NCBI RefSeq assembly: GCF_018977255.1
Contig: NW_024704948.1
Span: 1-64,000 of the forward strand
Source: Callorhinchus milii
Lineage: Eukaryota
Direction: 5' to 3'
DNA: 64,000 nucleotides
This document shows, piece by piece, positions 25,021 to 38,004 of this stretch. The notes under the pieces are model-generated. The model had not been told where the DNA came from and ran no database searches. It saw only the letters and a program-made list of their open reading frames with translations. Position numbers and translations under genes: made by a program. The first letter of the stretch is position 1. Each line of letters starts with the position of its first letter.

Positions 25021-26078
25021 CCACTGTAAATTGATATATTAGTCACATTTCCCTGCTCGTTACTCCTATTTTCTGTTGTTCCCTGGAACCTTCGTGTACA
25101 ACGTCAGTCACATTCCTTAATTTGACCTTTCTCTGTGCAAACATTTGCTGCCTCACTTGAGCACCCATTTTATTTCAATTCCTTGCCTTCGTAGTTCATC
25201 GCCAAAACGCTCCACTAAGTGGAAAGCGCTAAATTGGAATACCAAGAGGCCATTCTGCTCCTTGAGCCTTTATGTCATGGCTGATCTATCCCTCAGCTCA
25301 TATTCCCGCCATTTCCCCCAAACGATTGAAACATCTGACCTAAAATAAATGTATCCAACTTCGTCTGGATAATAGGAACGGAACTAACATCCCCAGCCTC
25401 TTTGTGGAAATTTTCCAGATTTCCTTAAATTTTTCATAATTTTTTTTCTCATTTTCTCTGCTAACTGGACTGGATAATGCACTTTTCTTCTACATTCACC
25501 AACCAACCAGAATAAACAGTTTCTCTATAAATAGAGGAAATAGTTTTTTGGGAAACTACATAAATGGAACTTGTTTATTTCGATGTTTTCTTACTGAATA
25601 AAGCAGCATACAAAGAAACGTGCAAGTGACAGCGTTCCCCAGAGGCAAGACATTTTTTACTTATTACTTGGATAATAACATGACTATAGTTAATAACAAT
25701 AACAGCAATAACAGTTGCATTTGTTATAACGCCGTATCACAACTTCGAGACGCCACACAGTGCTTCATAGAATATACCGTAAATGAATTGACTGTATATT
25801 GTGAGTGCGAGGCACTGCAGCAAATTGTACGCATCGCTATCCCAGTGGATGAAGTGCCCAATTTATTATCAACACTAATATTCCGAAGGAATTGTTATCT
25901 CTGGAAAATCGAAACGCCAATCTATTAACAACCTGCTTCCTACTTACTGCTGGTAACCAGAGACGTGTGTGTGGAATAAGGAAAGTTGCACAATGCTTCG
26001 TTCTGCTGGGAATTGAACCAAAGTCTCTCCCTTGTGTGGCGAGTGCTATAACCACTGAGCTACAGGGTTCCACATGGC

Positions 26079-26117
26079 AGTTTTTGTAGGGTGGAATCGC
26101 TGATCTGTGCCACTGTG
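26079..26117 (-). other. 23-RSS of V11
   Basis: CACAGTG-23-ACAAAAACT. Confidence 0.93.
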
Positions 26118-26927
26118 GAGCTCAGTGCACAGTAATACCCCGCGGAGTCCGTAATTCTCACTTGCAATATATTTAATGGGACGGTTTTCTCCGCTTTAGA
26201 CACATTCGCTGAGAAACGTTCTTTTGCAAAGTCCGCGTGGTCCTTGTTCCTGTTTTTGGTGGATGTTCTGAGGATATATTCTGGAGCTTTGTTGGTTAAG
26301 TGACGGTACCAGAACAGATATTCAGAGCCGGTGTTTGCAACTGTATAATTACACTGGAGAGAAAAATCCTCCCCTTCAGTCACTGTCACAACAGATCGGA
26401 GCTGTGTTACACCATCTCCTCCACAACGTCCTGGGAACCAGAAGTAGAATGATAACAGTAATAATAGCGATTCTTATATTTGATACAGAGCTTTTTCATG
26501 TCGTTAACTTGTCACCAAACATTTCACAGAATATACTGTCTCTGTGCATTTTGGGGGCGAAACATGTGACCGCATTGTTATTAGTCATTGTTTTTTTAAG
26601 AGATTATCAGTCCCGAAATGCGATCCATCGATCGGCTAAAAAAAGGCACTTACTTACTAATTGGTAAAGAGTTACATGTGCGTAGAGTAAGGAAACTTGC
26701 CAAAGGTTTCACTGTGTCTCAATGGGGAACTGATAACAGTTCCTCTCACTTGCGAGGCCGATTCGCTGTCCAGTAAGGTACAGAAATTTACGGTTCATTT
26801 CAACTGTTTGTTATATTTGTGCAATAAAACATATGCATTGGATAATACGGTCAGGAACCAGAATGATAGAGCGAGTTTATCGCTTACCTGACAAGGTAAT
26901 GATCACTGCTACAACATAGATATACAT
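26118..26927 (-). CDS. TCR V gene V11 (family B, YYCALSS); chimeric
   Basis: Leader 26888-26927 MYIYVVAVIITLS, V exon 26118-26430, open. Confidence 0.92.
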
Positions 26928-27104
26928 CGCCGTATGTACTTAACGGCGCGGGGCGTTGAGAGAGCGTTGATGGTGTAGTTGGAGAATGGTTCCTGGGAGT
27001 CTATAAGATACGGTGAGGAGGGCTGAACAGGAAACAACGTACAGAAGTTACCATATGCTGTGAGGGAGCAGGTCTGAGGGTTATCTACCAACGTTGTGTC
27101 TGTG

Positions 27105-27155
27105 TCATTGCACGTCATCTTCTCTGCTCTGCCATCTCGTTCCTCCATTGGTTCT
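27105..27155 (-). promoter_or_regulatory. Family-B V promoter core (CCAAT plus TGACG half-CRE); the V11 example
   Basis: The minus strand has CCAAT (27147-27151) about 30 nt before TGACGTG (27111-27117), about 185-220 nt upstream of the ATG. The same pair is present upstream of all seven B genes. Confidence 0.5.
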
Positions 27156-28049
27156 CTTCCATGACTGACATGTCTTCGTTCAGGCGGGTGTCTGACACCT
27201 GCAGCAAGTTACACACATATTTCAGTTCATCTAAAACAATCGCATGAGTTCCACATCTCTGTGCCATCTGAGCATGTCAATGTGCCTGTGGAAAGCAACT
27301 TGCTTTCTTCTTGGAAGGACATATCCTGATTCAATATCGTCGCAGATCCCTAGGCAAAGACCGTCAAGGGTCTTGGGCATGTTTCCTTACTGCATACGCC
27401 TTATAATATTCCCTCCAAAACAATAATAAATAGATCATTTCAATCAACGACTGTTTGTGGGACACTGCTGTGCGCAATTGGCTGCCGCGTTTGGCTTACA
27501 AATATACGGTCAATTCATGTTACTGTATAATCTGTGAAGCGCTTTGAGAAGTTCAGAAGACGGGAAAAGCGCTATATCGAATGCAATGATTATTTATTAT
27601 TATTGGAAGGAACAAGACCCTGAATCTGATTTAAGTACTTAAAAAAAAATTTTATTGTTAATATCCAGAATTGGTATGCCATCTGTCTCGTTGCATGAAT
27701 AACATACTGGTCTCTCCAGAAGCTGCAATATGTAAACATTTCTGTTTTATAATAATAATCCTTGCCTTCAATATAGCACATAATCATGCATTCGAGATGT
27801 GTCGATGCGCTTCACAGTATATATAGTAATCATAATGATACTCATTCCATTCAATATATAACCTGATTACGTGATCGAGGCGTCTCAAATCGCCTCACAC
27901 GATATCACGTAATATGAATTGGTTCGATGTTTGTTGGGCGCAGTGTGGCGGCAAATTTACCCCGAAGTTAAGAGGCAGAAACTAAGAGGCAGTGAGTGCT
28001 GAGCAGTTACTGTGATGAACAAGAGGGGAATTGCCGGCTGATCACTGGA

Positions 28050-28088
28050 GGTTTGTGTACGGCCTCTCCATGTGATTGTCTCACTGTG
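28050..28088 (-). other. 23-RSS of V12
   Basis: CACAGTG-23-ACACAAACC. Confidence 0.92.
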
Positions 28089-28509
28089 TCTCCACTGCAC
28101 ACAAGTAGGTGGCGGCGTCTGTCACTTCTGTGCCTGTGATGCTCAGATTACTGCCCTTCTCTCTATAGTTCATTGTAGCTGTGATCCTCTCCTTCTGCGG
28201 CTCTCCCGACTGTCCTCTTACCAAGTGTTTGAGGGCCTGGTTCGGATACTGTCTGTACCATTGTAATGCCCGCGATTGTGTTGTGAAACAGCTGATAATT
28301 ACTTCTTCCTTCTCCCCAACAGTCACAGAGAGTGGCGACTGGGAGACTGTATCCTGACCACTGACACCTGGTAAACACAAAACAATTTGTTTGTGAAACT
28401 CACCCATTAATTTAAGTAGAATTACATACAATTTCTGTAAAGCACACTCACCCCAGAGGGTCACGGCAGCTTTCAGGAGCAGGAACACTAAAGCGTAATC
28501 GCACTTCAT
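28089..28509 (-). CDS. TCR V gene V12 (family D, YLCAVET); chimeric
   Basis: Leader 28452-28509, 84-nt intron, V exon 28089-28367, open. Confidence 0.92.
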
Positions 28510-28688
28510 AACGAATCTTTCAGCGCTTTGATGAACAAATGCAAGTTTCCTTTGAAAGCTTAATCAACTTTCCTCACTCCACACGCCTCTGTTTACAGAA
28601 CACGAAGTAGGAATCCGATAGTCAATTGGCGAATCGCTTTCAAAGGATAATTATCCCTAAAAAAAATGGGACTCGACCCGTGACTGTT

Positions 28689-30519
28689 CCAGTCAGGAAC
28701 CTCGGCGTTTTGTTCGACCCTGAGCTGTCCTTTCTCCCTCACATCCGCACTACAACTGGCACCGCCTTCCATCACCTTCGGAACATCGCCAGCCTACGGC
28801 ACTACCTCACCCCTCACGCTGCTGAAACCCTGGTCCACGCCTTTGTCACCTCAAGGCTGGACTATGGGAACTCTCTCCTCGCCGGCCTTCCCGCCACCTC
28901 CCTCCACAAGCTGCAGGTCATCCAGAACTCTGCAGCTCGTGTACTGTCCCGCACCAGACACCGCGACCACACCACACGCACCCTCGCTCGCCTCCACTGG
29001 CTCCCCATCCCCCAGAGGATTGATTTCAAGATCCTCATCCTCACCTACAAGGCCATTCACGGCCTTGCTCCCTCCTACCTCTCCAACCTACTATCACCCT
29101 ACCTACCTGCCCGTACCCTCCGTTCCTCTGGCTCTGGTCTGCTCCACGTCCCCCGCCCCAACCGCCCTACCATCGGTGTTCGGGCCTTCAGCCTCTCAGC
29201 CCCCAGGCTCTGGAACTCCATCCCCAAGTGCCTTCGCCTTGCTTCCTCCCTTTCCTCCTTCAAGGCCGGTCTCAAAACCTTTCTCTTTGACCGTGCCTTC
29301 AGCTCCACTCTCGACTCTCTTCCCCTCCTCGCTCCCTCCCTTCCCTCCCCTCACCCTGACCATTTCCCCCTCCTTGCTCCCTCCCTTCCCTCACCCTGAC
29401 CTTTGGGCACCCTGGACGAGAGACAACTTTCTTCAGCTCAACGTGCGAAAAACCGAGGCCATCCTGATTGGCTCACGTCAGCGCCTCCGCACCTCAGGCG
29501 CTGACACCATCAGCATCCAAGGCTGCACTCTCGACCTCTCAAAGCCAGTCAGGAACCTTGGCGTTTTGTTCGACCCTGAGCTGTCCTTTCTCCCTCACAT
29601 CCGCACCACAACTGGCACCGCCTTCCATCACCTCCGGAATATCGCCAGATTACGGCACTACCTCACCCCTCACGCCGCTGAAACCCTGGTTCACGCCTTT
29701 GTCACCTCAAGGCTGGACTATGGGAACTCTCTCCTCGCCGGCCTTCCCGCCACCTCCCTCCACAAGCTGCAGGTCATTCAGAACTCTGCAGCTCGTGTAC
29801 TGTCCCGCACCAGGCTTCGCGATCACATCACTCCCACCCTCGCTCGCCTCCACTGGCCACCATCCCCCAGAGGATTGATTTCAAGATTCTCATCCTCACC
29901 TACAAGGCCATTCACGGCCTTGCTCCCTCCTACCTCTCCAACCTACTATCCCCCTACCTACCTGCCCGTACCCTCCGTTCCTCTGGCTCCGGTCTGCTCC
30001 ACGTCCCCCGCCCCAACCGCCCTACCATCGGTGGTCGGGCCTTCAGCCTCTCAGCCCCCAGGCTCTGGAACTCCATCCCCCAGTGCCTTCGCCGCTTCCT
30101 CCCTTTCCCCTTCAAAGCCGGTCTCAAAACCTTTCTCTTTGACCGTGCCTTCAGCTCCCCTCTCGACTCTCTTCCTCCTCCTCGCTCCCTCCCTTCCCTC
30201 CCCTCACCCTGACCATTTCCCCCCTCCTCTCTCCCTCCCTTCCCTCCCCTCACCCTGACCATTTCCCCCTGCTCGGGTCATGACCCAACTGTGCAGCGCC
30301 TTGGGACGTCCTCCTGACGTGAAAGGCGCTCTATAAATGGAATCTTGTTGTTGTTGTTGTTGTTGTTTTCCCCCCTCCTCGCTCCCTCCCGTCCCTCCCC
30401 TCACCCTGACCATTTCCCCCCTGCTCGGGTCATGACCCAACTGTGCAGCGCCTTGGGACGTCCTCCTGACGTGAAAGGCGCTTTATAAATGGAATCTTGT
30501 TGTTGTTGTTGTTGTTGTT
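28689..30519 (+). mobile_element. Composite L2-clade LINE insertion (three tandem 3' fragments)
   Basis: RT C-terminal motifs NFLQLNVRKTE, VRNLGVLFD, SRLDYGNSLL, LQVIQNSAAR and LHWLPI. The tail GTGAAAGGCGCT..AAATGGAATC(TTG)n occurs at ~30320-30366 and ~30470-30519. The insertion is absent at the paralogous site ~13655. Confidence 0.92.
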
Positions 30520-32172
30520 TGATTGTCTCTGTTTTGTCCAATCGTTGCTATGATTTCGACCATACAATACGCAGTCACTACACTTTACAATTTATCTTGT
30601 GAAGCGCTTTCACATGCCTTAGACATGATTTAAATCGCTGTATAAAGAATCAAGTATTGTTATGATAGTCACAAGTAGGCAGGACGAGGTATTCAGTGGA
30701 AGACCCTGAGTGTGTGCGGGCGAGTACTCTATGTGTTGGCATCGAGTCCTCGGGGGCAGGTGTCAAGTTGATAATAAGTTGAATCGAGCCATTGCGAGGG
30801 TTCAAAGCGAAAGAGGAGGAATCACGTAATATCAGCAGTTTCTCAGATGTCTCTCCCCCAATTAGTTGAAAGTTTCCTTCCGGTCCATTTCCGCTCTATG
30901 CATCTGGATTTCACAAGTTTAGGGACAGATCACAATTATTTCTGGCATAATTCATTACTGCAAGTTTTTTTTCCTCTGCTGTTTATTTCGCTGAATGACA
31001 GGTCATAAATTAACATTTATTTTTGTTAAGCTGGTGTCTGGAATATGTGGATACCCATCAACATGATTACGATTATCCCAAGTAACCTGAGAGATATAAT
31101 AATGATCCATGTTTTTGATATAGCGCCTTACTCGCCTCTTCGAGACGTCCAAAAGCGCTACACAGGTTATTCTCTCAAGTGTAGTGAGAGCGTATTATAT
31201 GGGGGAAACGGAGCAACGAATTGCACTTATCAGTGTCATACAAAACTGTGGCTGTTAGAGCGACAATATTTTTAAAAACATCGATTTTTTATATGTTTTT
31301 TATTATTCATTTTCTTGCGTTCAAACTACAACTGGATTTTTCCATGNNNNNNNNNNNNNNNNNNNNNNNNNNNNNNNNNNNNNNNNNNNNNNNNNNNNNN
31401 NNNNNNNNNNNNNNNNNNNNNNNNNNNNNNNNNNNNNNNNNNNNNNNNNNNNNNNNNNNNNNNNNNNNNNNNNNNNCTCTCTCTATCTAAATATCGATCT
31501 CTCTCAGGCACACAAACACACAATAATCAATTCTGGTTGCTGAGTTGCTGAGAGTATTAGCTATAGCCCCTCATCACATCTTCAAGACACCTGAAAGCGC
31601 TTCACGGTATCCACATCAAAGTGTATACATTAGATGAAGTTTCGCAAGAGCAAAATTTAGGAACCTCTGATTCTGCTTTATGATAACCCCTGGAGATCAG
31701 CAAGCTCAAACTGGGCTAATTTCAAGCGCCTTATCACGTCTTCGCGAAGTCTCAACGCATGTTGCCTGATAGGCACTTTACACTATGTGTTGTTTGCGAG
31801 ACGCGGCAGCCAATTCTACACAGCAGTGAACCGCAAATAGTGGTATATTGACTAAACTCCATTTATTCCTTTATGAAGGGAACATTCCCTAGAAAAAAAA
31901 ATATTCCCAAAATGACGAACAGCTGGATTCCTACTTACTGCTCGGTAAACAGAGGCGAGTGGATGGAGTAAGGAAACTTGCCTAAGCTTCCGCCCTGACC
32001 TGAAGGGGAATCCAACCCAGGTCCACTCTCTTGTGATGCGAGTGGTATAACCACACCAATACAGGACTCCACAGACTCTGTACACCACACTCCCGGTTAT
32101 AATTGTGGAAACACATCAGTCTGTTCAAACCACGAACTTAAATGTGTGAGACGAGGCCATGATTCTCTGCTG

Positions 32173-32211
32173 AGTTTTTGTACAGTGAATCTGCCTTCCT
32201 GTAACAGTGTG
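32173..32211 (-). other. 23-RSS of V13
   Basis: CACACTG-23-ACAAAAACT. Confidence 0.92.
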
Positions 32212-33030
32212 GGGTTCAGGGCACAGTAATACACAGCGCTGTCACCCACCACAGCACTAAGTATCTGCAGCTTAATTACTTTATTCTCCTTGATCAGCTC
32301 GGCGGTGAAACGGTCAGGAGGGTTGTCTACCTTTCCAGAGGAATATATCCTGAACAGGTACTGAGGAGCTCCATCGGGATATTGCCTGTACCAGAAGGCA
32401 ACGTTTATTGTGGAATAACTGCAGTTCATTGTCACGTTTTGTCCTTCAAAATCTGTTATCTCGGGAGGATATTGGGATACGACATCTTTCCCGTAGACAT
32501 CTGCAAGAACAAAAAAAAACACATGTTGCTGAGCAACGTTCAGTGGAGATTTGCAATCATAATAATTATAATAATAACTTCGTTTCCATATCACGTTATC
32601 GCACGGTTTGGACGTCTCAAAGCGCACACAGAATACATTATTATGAGAATTGACTCCATATTTTGAGGAAGAAACGTTGCAGCTAATTAAGCACTGCAGT
32701 GTCGCTCAAACCGTCACGGATTGATTGACGAAATTATTATCGACTGATTTATTCTTTAATATATTGTTACTCTCGGATAGCTATCCCTGAAACAATTATA
32801 AACCGGGGTCCTACTTACTGCCGGTAATCACAGGCTTGAGGTGTAAGCAAATTTGCTGGATGTTTCACGTTGCCCGGGAATCGAACAGAGGTCCTCTCGC
32901 TTGTGAGGTGAGTGCTCTCAACACTAAGCTTCTGATAAAGTATAATGTAAATTTCATGCCCTGGACATGTCCACACATACTTACCGGCTATGGTGAGGAT
33001 TGCTATCAGTAACTGGCAGAGAGCTGTCAT
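32212..33030 (-). CDS. TCR V gene V13 (family A, YYCALNP)
   Basis: Leader 32985-33030 MTALCQLLIAILTIA, V exon 32212-32500, open. Confidence 0.93.
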
Positions 33031-34082
33031 GTTGGCTGCTGAGGTGTGGACAGATAATGGAATCTCTTCCTTTGTATATCGCTGTGTCGCTGCTTTAGTG
33101 ACAAGTTGTGAGGAAGCGGGTGATGTGATGTGTTCATTGGTATATTACCTCCAATTGTAGGCGTTTCCCACTCACTAGAGGATCTTAAATTTGATCTTCT
33201 GGCGATTGGTAGCCAATGGGCATGGGATTGGATGGGAGCATCGATTCGCCTTTCACCCACAAAGAATGTACTTTACGTTATATTCTGTGATGCTATTTGA
33301 GACGTCTCTAAAAGTAGTGAGTCGCTGTATAAAGTGCAATGTCTATTATCATTCCTGTGAAAGCATTAGTTTGGTTGATGTTGAACAATGCAGCCCAACC
33401 TAAGTGATTGAAGATTTAATTTCTACCATCAAAGCTAAGGTGACAGCCTTTCTCTGTTGATGATAGTTTCTATTCTGAGTCAGAATGTTGTTGGTTCAGG
33501 AGACAAGTCGGTACTTTGACCTCACAGTCTCGAATGAAAGTCAAATACAGGACTGTGTATGGAATGTATTGTCCTCAAAACTCCGATAAAACCGATCATT
33601 GACGTTATGAATATTCGTGGGGAAATTAATGTTTGAATATTGCTTCATATTTTGGCTCACAATGTGCAGTCACTGCTTCTTACAGAAATGCCATTTAAAG
33701 TCTTGGAACCGCCTCCAACGTGAAAAGAGCTGTATCAAAGGCAAGGATTATTGCTATTATTATTATTGTTATCGATGGCCAAACCTTCTTATCATTGTAT
33801 CAAAATAAGGAATCTGCAAACTGAGATACCTAAACCATATTAAACAAAGTCAGCTTTAATCTTCTTCTGCATTGAAACCAAAACAAGCGAACATATTGCT
33901 GCTCGCAAAATGAAGCACATTTGTTCCCGAAACGAGAACCATTAAGTGCGGCTGCTCACTTGGGAGAAGGACAATAAAACATCGAATGAGCAATTTAAAT
34001 TGCTTCTTGAGTAACCTAAGGCCACGCCGTAGGCAAATCTTTGTAAATTGCAGTTGATCCAGTAACAGTGTATATGATGGAA

Positions 34083-34300
34083 ATATGTCACCTGTAACAG
34101 GAAGCAATCTGTTATTGCTGACAAGTCAATTAGTTACAGAAAGGAACCGGACAAGTTATCTGAGTTGCAGCTCATGTTATATATGTTTTGGTTCGCCATC
34201 TGCTGGTGGATTGCAGCTAAAGCACGTGTACAGTTGGAGGCATTTGACAGCAAATAGTTCACGGCTAATCTTATCTTTTCCCTTTGCGAATGTTGCTGTA
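34083..34300 (-). promoter_or_regulatory. Repeated intergenic module copy 4
   Basis: CACCTG-taa-CAGGAAG; CCAGCAGATGGCGA on the minus strand at 34193-34206. Confidence 0.55.
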
Positions 34301-34781
34301 TAAAAGAAAGTTGTTGTTTTGGATGTACCTCTACTTATTTAAACAGCACAGATGGACATGCACACGTGGCGAGACTCCCAAGGAAGCAAGACGTTTGAAG
34401 TTATTTATGTGAATGTAGCATTATTATGTTTAATAATGATAATAAAATTCATTGCATTAATTCACTTGGTATAGCGCCATATCTCGTATTCGAGACACTT
34501 CAAATCGCTTCACAGAATAGACTGTACACGAGTTGAGTATTGTGTGGGTGAAACGCGGCAGTCAATTGCTCACATCAGTGTCCCACTGGATTGAATGAAC
34601 ATTTCAGTAATAATATTATTGTTTTGAAGGAATTATTACCGCTGGGAAATCGATTCGCCAATCGAATAACAACCGGGTTCCTTCTTTTACTGCTCGTTCA
34701 ACAGAGTTGTTCGTGGAATAAGGAAACGTGCACAAAGCGAGGCGAATCCTCTCTCTACTGAGCTACAGGACTCCACCTGAC

Positions 34782-34820
34782 AGTTTTTGTAGGGAGGAAT
34801 CGCTGATCTGTGCCTCTGTG
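34782..34820 (-). other. 23-RSS of V14
   Basis: CACAGAG-23-ACAAAAACT. Confidence 0.92.
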
Positions 34821-35630
34821 GGGCTCAGTGCACAGTAATACACTGCGGAGTCTGTAACTCTCACTTGGGATATATTTATGTGAACGGTTGTCTCCGCTTC
34901 AGACACGTTCGTTGAGAATCGTTCTTTTGCAAAGTCTGCACGTTGCTGCTTGTTATTCCTGATGTAGGTAATAAGGATATATTCTGGAGCTTTGTTGGGA
35001 TAATGACGGTACCAGAACAGATATGGATCGCTGCCGCTTGTAGCTGTGTAGTTACACTGCAGATAAACAGCCTCTCCTTCATGCACTGTCACAGTAGATT
35101 GGAGCTGTGTCACAGAGTCTCCTCCACAATATCCTGTGAACAAGACAGAAATCAGCGTTCAATACAACAACAACGTTAATAATAATCCTATTACCTCTAT
35201 TTGATACGACTCATCGTGTCTTCGAAACATTACAAAGTACTTCACGGAAAACACTTTAACTGTATTTCTTCGGCCAATGCAGCTCCCATTTATGCACCAG
35301 CCCACAAACAGTCGTGGTTTGATTGAATGAATCGTGAATAAAAAATCGAAGGGATTTTCCTACCATGAAAATCGTATGCTTGTAGTAATGAAGTTCACCT
35401 AACGTTTCTTCCTGCCCAGGAATCAGCCCAAGTCCTCTCTCTTGCGATGCGAGTGCTATATCAACTGAGCTACAGGACTCTATAACGCCAAAATTCCTGC
35501 AGCGTTTTGCTTATCTAATGCAAGAAAATAGGCATTGGACAATATCTGCGGCATAGAGACTTCTTGAGCGAGTTGATGGCTTACCTGACAAAATAATGAT
35601 GGCGGCTGCCACATAGATATACATTGTCAT
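34821..35630 (-). CDS. TCR V gene V14 (family B)
   Basis: Leader 35585-35630 MTMYIYVAAAIIILS. V exon 34821-35133, three residues different from V2. Confidence 0.93.
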
Positions 35631-37158
35631 ATGTATTTCATGTCACCGGGCGTTGACAGTGCGTTGATCCTGTAGTTGGAGAATGTTGGGTGAGAGGAAG
35701 TACGATACAGTGATGAGCTGAATAAGAAATCATATACAGAAGTTGCCATATGCCGTGAAGGAGCAGGTCTGAGGGTTACGTACTAAACTTGTGTCTCTCT
35801 CGTTGCTCGTCATCTTCTCTGCGCTGCCATCTCGCTCCTCCATTGGTTCTCTTCCATCACTGACATGTCTCTGTAGAACCGGGTGTCAGACACATGGAGC
35901 AAGTTACTCCCTCCTTAAATTTCTCCAATGCTTGTACATCAGTTCCACTTTTGTGTTCCCTTGAAGGACTCATCCTGATCAGTTAACTTTTCGTGTCAGG
36001 AGGCGGAGATTGGCCACGAAACAAGACTCGGGGCAGGTAAATCTCTGTTGGGCGACACTCTGATCATGTACTTATTAATTGTCTTTTATTACTCAGGTCC
36101 ACGCTTGTTATGCCAACTATCCGATGGCAGGACAATCCCTCCTCGCCCTCCCCTCCAGCCCCCAACCCCCGCCTTTCACAAACAGCAGATTTTCACATCT
36201 TTGCTTCTATAGTGACAGTAATCAGTGCATTTGATATAGTTCCTAATCACATTACTGTGAACTCTCATAGCGCTTCTCAGTTTTTGCATTAAACTGTAGT
36301 GACTGTTTGTTATGTGGGCTAAACGCGGCAGCCCATGTGCACGTAAGTTTGTCTCACAAAGAGTGCTCGATGTGGTGAGCACATTTCAAAAACAAGTCCG
36401 GTTAACGGGGATAACAACCGCTCAAAAGTTTTTTGCTGAAACCGCGACTGTTGTGTGAAATTCGTTCCCGAGTTTCCCCCATAAAATTCACAGTCACGAC
36501 ACATTATATTATATTCTCTGCAGTGCTGTGAGACATCTCGGCGACGAGATAAAGTGCTGTATAAAATGGCAAGGATTATTATGATATAGATAGTCAAACG
36601 AAGGTTAGACGTGGTATTTAGTGGAAGCCCCTAAGTGTGTGCAGACGGCTGGACAATGGCATAATAGGTGTTGGCTGCACATGACTGGGGGCAGCTGTCG
36701 ATTTGGTATAGCGCCTTTATATATCTTGAAAACTTCTCAACAATCTTTACTGATTACAGAGTGCGGAGAACATATGAATTGAAATTTGGAACAGGACAAG
36801 ATTGAACAACATCAGAGTGATCTTTGCGATAGCAATTGGAAAAAATCGCTAAAACTGGGATAATTTTCAACGCCTGATCGGGTGTTTATTTGAAGTCTCA
36901 AAGCATGTTGCTGAATATACTTGATAGGCAAATTGTGCTATGATTTATTTGCGAATCGCGGCAGGCAATTCTGCACAGCAGTCACACACAAAGAGTCGTA
37001 TATTGACGAAATTCTAATTATTCCTTTATGAGTGGAATATTACCCAGAAATAATGCGACACACCAATCGAATAACAGCTGGATTCGTAGTTAATTCGAGA
37101 TAAACATTGGTGACTATGTGGAGGAAGGAAACTTGCCTAAGTTGATGGTTGTCTGCTG

Positions 37159-37197
37159 AGTTTGTGTACGGGGAACCTGCCTTCCTGTAACAGTGTG
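37159..37197 (-). other. 23-RSS of V15
   Basis: CACACTG-23-ACACAAACT. Confidence 0.9.
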
Positions 37198-38004
37198 GTC
37201 TCCAGGGCACAGTAATACACAGCGCTGTCACCCACAACAGCACTAAGTATCTGCAACTTAATTACTTTATTCTCCTTGATCAGCTCGGCAGTGAAACGGT
37301 CAGGAGGATTGTCTACCTTTCCAGAGGAATATATCCTGAACAAGTACTGAAGAGCTCCATCAGGATATTGCCTGTACCACAAGGCAGCGTTCATTGTGGA
37401 ATAACTGCAGTTCAGTGTCACGTTTTGCCCTTCAAAATCTGTTATCTCGGGAGGATATTGGTCAACAACATTTTCCCCGTCGACTTCTGCAAGAAAAACA
37501 AGAACAACACATTTTGCTGAGCAACGTTCAGTGATCGTTTGCATTCAGAATAATAATAATAATAATAATAAAAAATCCATTTTACACAGCCTCTTATCAC
37601 ACAGTTTAGACCTCTCAAGGAAAGCGAATCGACGCTATTTTGTGAGCGAAACGTAGCGGCCAATTAAACACAGCAGTGTCCCACAAGCCATCACGGATTG
37701 ATTGACCAAATTATTGTTGATGGGTTTACTCTTTAACGCATTATTATCCTCGGAAAGCTATCCCTGAATGAATGACATCTGGGTTCCTAGTTACTGCCGG
37801 TAAGCCGAAGCGTGAGATGTAAGCAAACTTGCTGAAAGTTTCGACTGCCAAGAATCGATCACAGGTCCTCTCGCTTACGAGGCGATCTCTCTAAGCATTA
37901 AGTATCTGATATCATATAATGTAAATGTCATGCGCTGGGCACGTCCACATAAACTTACTGGTTATAATGAGGATGGCTATCAGTAAATGGCAGTGAGCTG
38001 TCAT
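37198..38004 (-). CDS. TCR V gene V15 (family A, YYCALET)
   Basis: Leader 37959-38004 MTAHCHLLIAILIIT, V exon 37198-37486, open. Confidence 0.92.

Noticed and set aside
28843-30258. 471-aa ORF as a novel protein
   Set aside because: It runs through off-frame L2 sequence, then the RT frame of fragment 2, then off-frame again. It is a by-product of the tandem LINE fragments.
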